Part shown: piece after piece, positions 62,592 through 64,000 of the stretch
How positions within the stretch are numbered: position 1 is the first letter of the stretch
How the letters are laid out: each line of letters opens with the position of its first letter
IMG/VR virus record: IMGVR_UViG_3300008116_000002
Reading direction: 5' to 3' (one strand)
Length of the DNA: 64,000 nt
Source of the DNA: a virus
Lineage: Duplodnaviria; Caudoviricetes
The notes under the pieces: model-generated
Database searches by the model: none
The model's input: only the letters and a program-made list of their open reading frames with translations
Told to the model about the DNA's origin: nothing
Made by a program: the position numbers and the translations under genes

Positions 62592-64000
62592 ATGAAATTT
62601 AAAGATTACATCCGAGAAGAAGCCAGCAAACCTGATACCATAGTAGTCCTTAATGGCCGCATGAATCCAATGACTCGTGGCCACGAGGAAAATATAAATG
62701 GTATGCTAAAATTTGCCAAAAATCACAAAGCTGATCATTTGGTAATCGCTTCCCATTCTCATGATAGTAAGAAAAATCCATTAACTCCAGAACAAAAATT
62801 AAAGCATCTTAAAAGAGCTTTTCCCGGGGTTAATATAAAAACGTCATCTAAAGAACATCCTACAATATTTCATCAGCTATCTCAGGTACATTCTCAGGGG
62901 TATTCCCATGTGGTATTGCCCTCCGGTTCCGACCGCACTGAGGATTATGATAGAATAAAAGAATATAATGGTAAGCATGGCAAACATGGTTACTATAACT
63001 TTAAGACAATTACAACTGCCAGCACCGGAGAAAGACAAGAAGGTATCTCAGGAACAGACATGAGAAATCATGTTACTAATAATAATTTTAAAAAGTTCAG
63101 AGAAAATCTTCCTTCTAAATTATCTGCAAATGAACAGCATGCCAGAGAAGTGTTTAATGATGTAAAGACTGGGCTGACACCAAAGAAAAAAGTTACCGAG
63201 GATTATGAAAATCCAAATCGCTTTGATTGGGGCACTCCTGGCGGTACTAAGTATATGCAGAAAATGACTCCGAATAAACCTATTGAGTGCGTAACGCCCA
63301 ATGAGGTCTGGAGCGAAAAGATGGGAATGTGTGTTCCTATTAGAGAAGCATATATTAATAATGAAATTTTTAAATTGGATGAAATCGTTGAAGCAAAAAA
63401 TGGTGACAAAGGTCCTATCGTATTTCGAGGATCAACCTATGTTACTATAAAATTAAACGAAGGTGTTACTGTTAAGCACTGGCTTAAAGATATTAAAGAG
63501 TCAACCGGCAAACTTGTTGAAAAGAAAACTACTGAGCCTGTTGTAACTTATAAGAAAAGATTTAGCGAAAAGAGAATACCTGCCTTATTAATGACTAAGG
63601 AACAACTTGTAGAAATGAATAAAGAAAATTCTCAAATTACCTACATGGGATATAAGACAGAGCATTTTGATATGTGCCCCTCTGCACATGCTTTATTCAC
63701 CAAATTAATGACTTTAGATAAATTAAATCCTAAGTACATTCTTCAAGCAATGCAGGCAACAGATCACTATTTGGGTATAGAAAAAAATGCACAGGCGAAA
63801 GGATTCGCTAACGAACAAATGGTACATGACTTTAATATGAAATTTGCTATTGCACATGACACCTTAAATATGTTATACGTTGAAGATAAAGATTTAGAAT
63901 TCATGCAAGATCATCTTAAGATTATGTCTGATTTAAGTATGCATAGAGACGGAACCTTTGCGAATGAACCTTTAGGTACAGTAACTGTACAAGGTACAAG
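62592..64000 (+). CDS. Cytidyltransferase/NMNAT-like nucleotidyltransferase, runs off the window end (not in ORF track)
   Basis: GRMNPMTRGH (HxGH-type), SHDSKKNPL, GSDR, ISGTDMR; N-terminus MKFKDYIREE. Confidence 0.8.
   Translation, partial: MKFKDYIREEASKPDTIVVLNGRMNPMTRGHEENINGMLKFAKNHKADHLVIASHSHDSKKNPLTPEQKLKHLKRAFPGVNIKTSSKEHPTIFHQLSQVHSQGYSHVVLPSGSDRTEDYDRIKEYNGKHGKHGYYNFKTITTASTGERQEGISGTDMRNHVTNNNFKKFRENLPSKLSANEQHAREVFNDVKTGLTPKKKVTEDYENPNRFDWGTPGGTKYMQKMTPNKPIECVTPNEVWSEKMGMCVPIREAYINNEIFKLDEIVEAKNGDKGPIVFRGSTYVTIKLNEGVTVKHWLKDIKESTGKLVEKKTTEPVVTYKKRFSEKRIPALLMTKEQLVEMNKENSQITYMGYKTEHFDMCPSAHALFTKLMTLDKLNPKYILQAMQATDHYLGIEKNAQAKGFANEQMVHDFNMKFAIAHDTLNMLYVEDKDLEFMQDHLKIMSDLSMHRDGTFANEPLGTVTVQGT

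Noticed and set aside
1996-63409. Many short antisense or alternate-frame ORFs inside recognised genes (e.g. 9341-9784, 35846-36334, 62025-62429)
   Set aside because: Shadows of well-supported genes, with no motifs or expression signals.
1-64000. CRISPR array, integrase or IS element
   Set aside because: No regularly spaced direct repeats and no recombinase or transposase motifs were seen.

Overview
A 64 kb, AT-rich, gene-dense segment of a large T4-like dsDNA myophage, probably freshwater. Phage copies of pqqA, rpoZ, a HemA dimerisation domain, a phasin-like gene and a PBP7-like peptidase suggest a proteobacterial, likely betaproteobacterial, host (inference). In order: (1) 1-7.2 kb, a 7-deazaguanine DNA-modification cluster (PRT, folE, exonuclease, dpdA/TGT-like, dpdL-like, queD) interleaved with two GT-B glycosyltransferases and galE; (2) gp47/gp46, a 2OG-Fe(II) oxygenase and a VWA/MoxR pair; (3) 15-28.5 kb, a glycan cluster with a probable GDP-colitose pathway; (4) T4 replication core (gp45, gp44, gp62, regA, gp43, uvsX, gp41) with an unannotated pqqA, a ROSE-like thermometer before phasin-like/hsp20, and a minus-strand GH19 lysis island; (5) 46-56 kb, an array of 25 tRNAs plus one half-tRNA, mixed with structured ncRNAs, homing endonucleases and host-like genes; (6) 57-64 kb, late genes with T4 capsid-targeting-like N-termini, including an RNA-ligase-like protein, a HAD phosphatase and a nucleotidyltransferase. 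The strongest novel candidates are a 34-codon leader containing all 20 amino acids that forms a terminator/antiterminator switch ahead of the tRNA array, a possible virion-packaged tRNA repair set, and several ORFs whose frames overlap tRNAs. All calls come from motif recognition by eye; no searches or folding programs were run.
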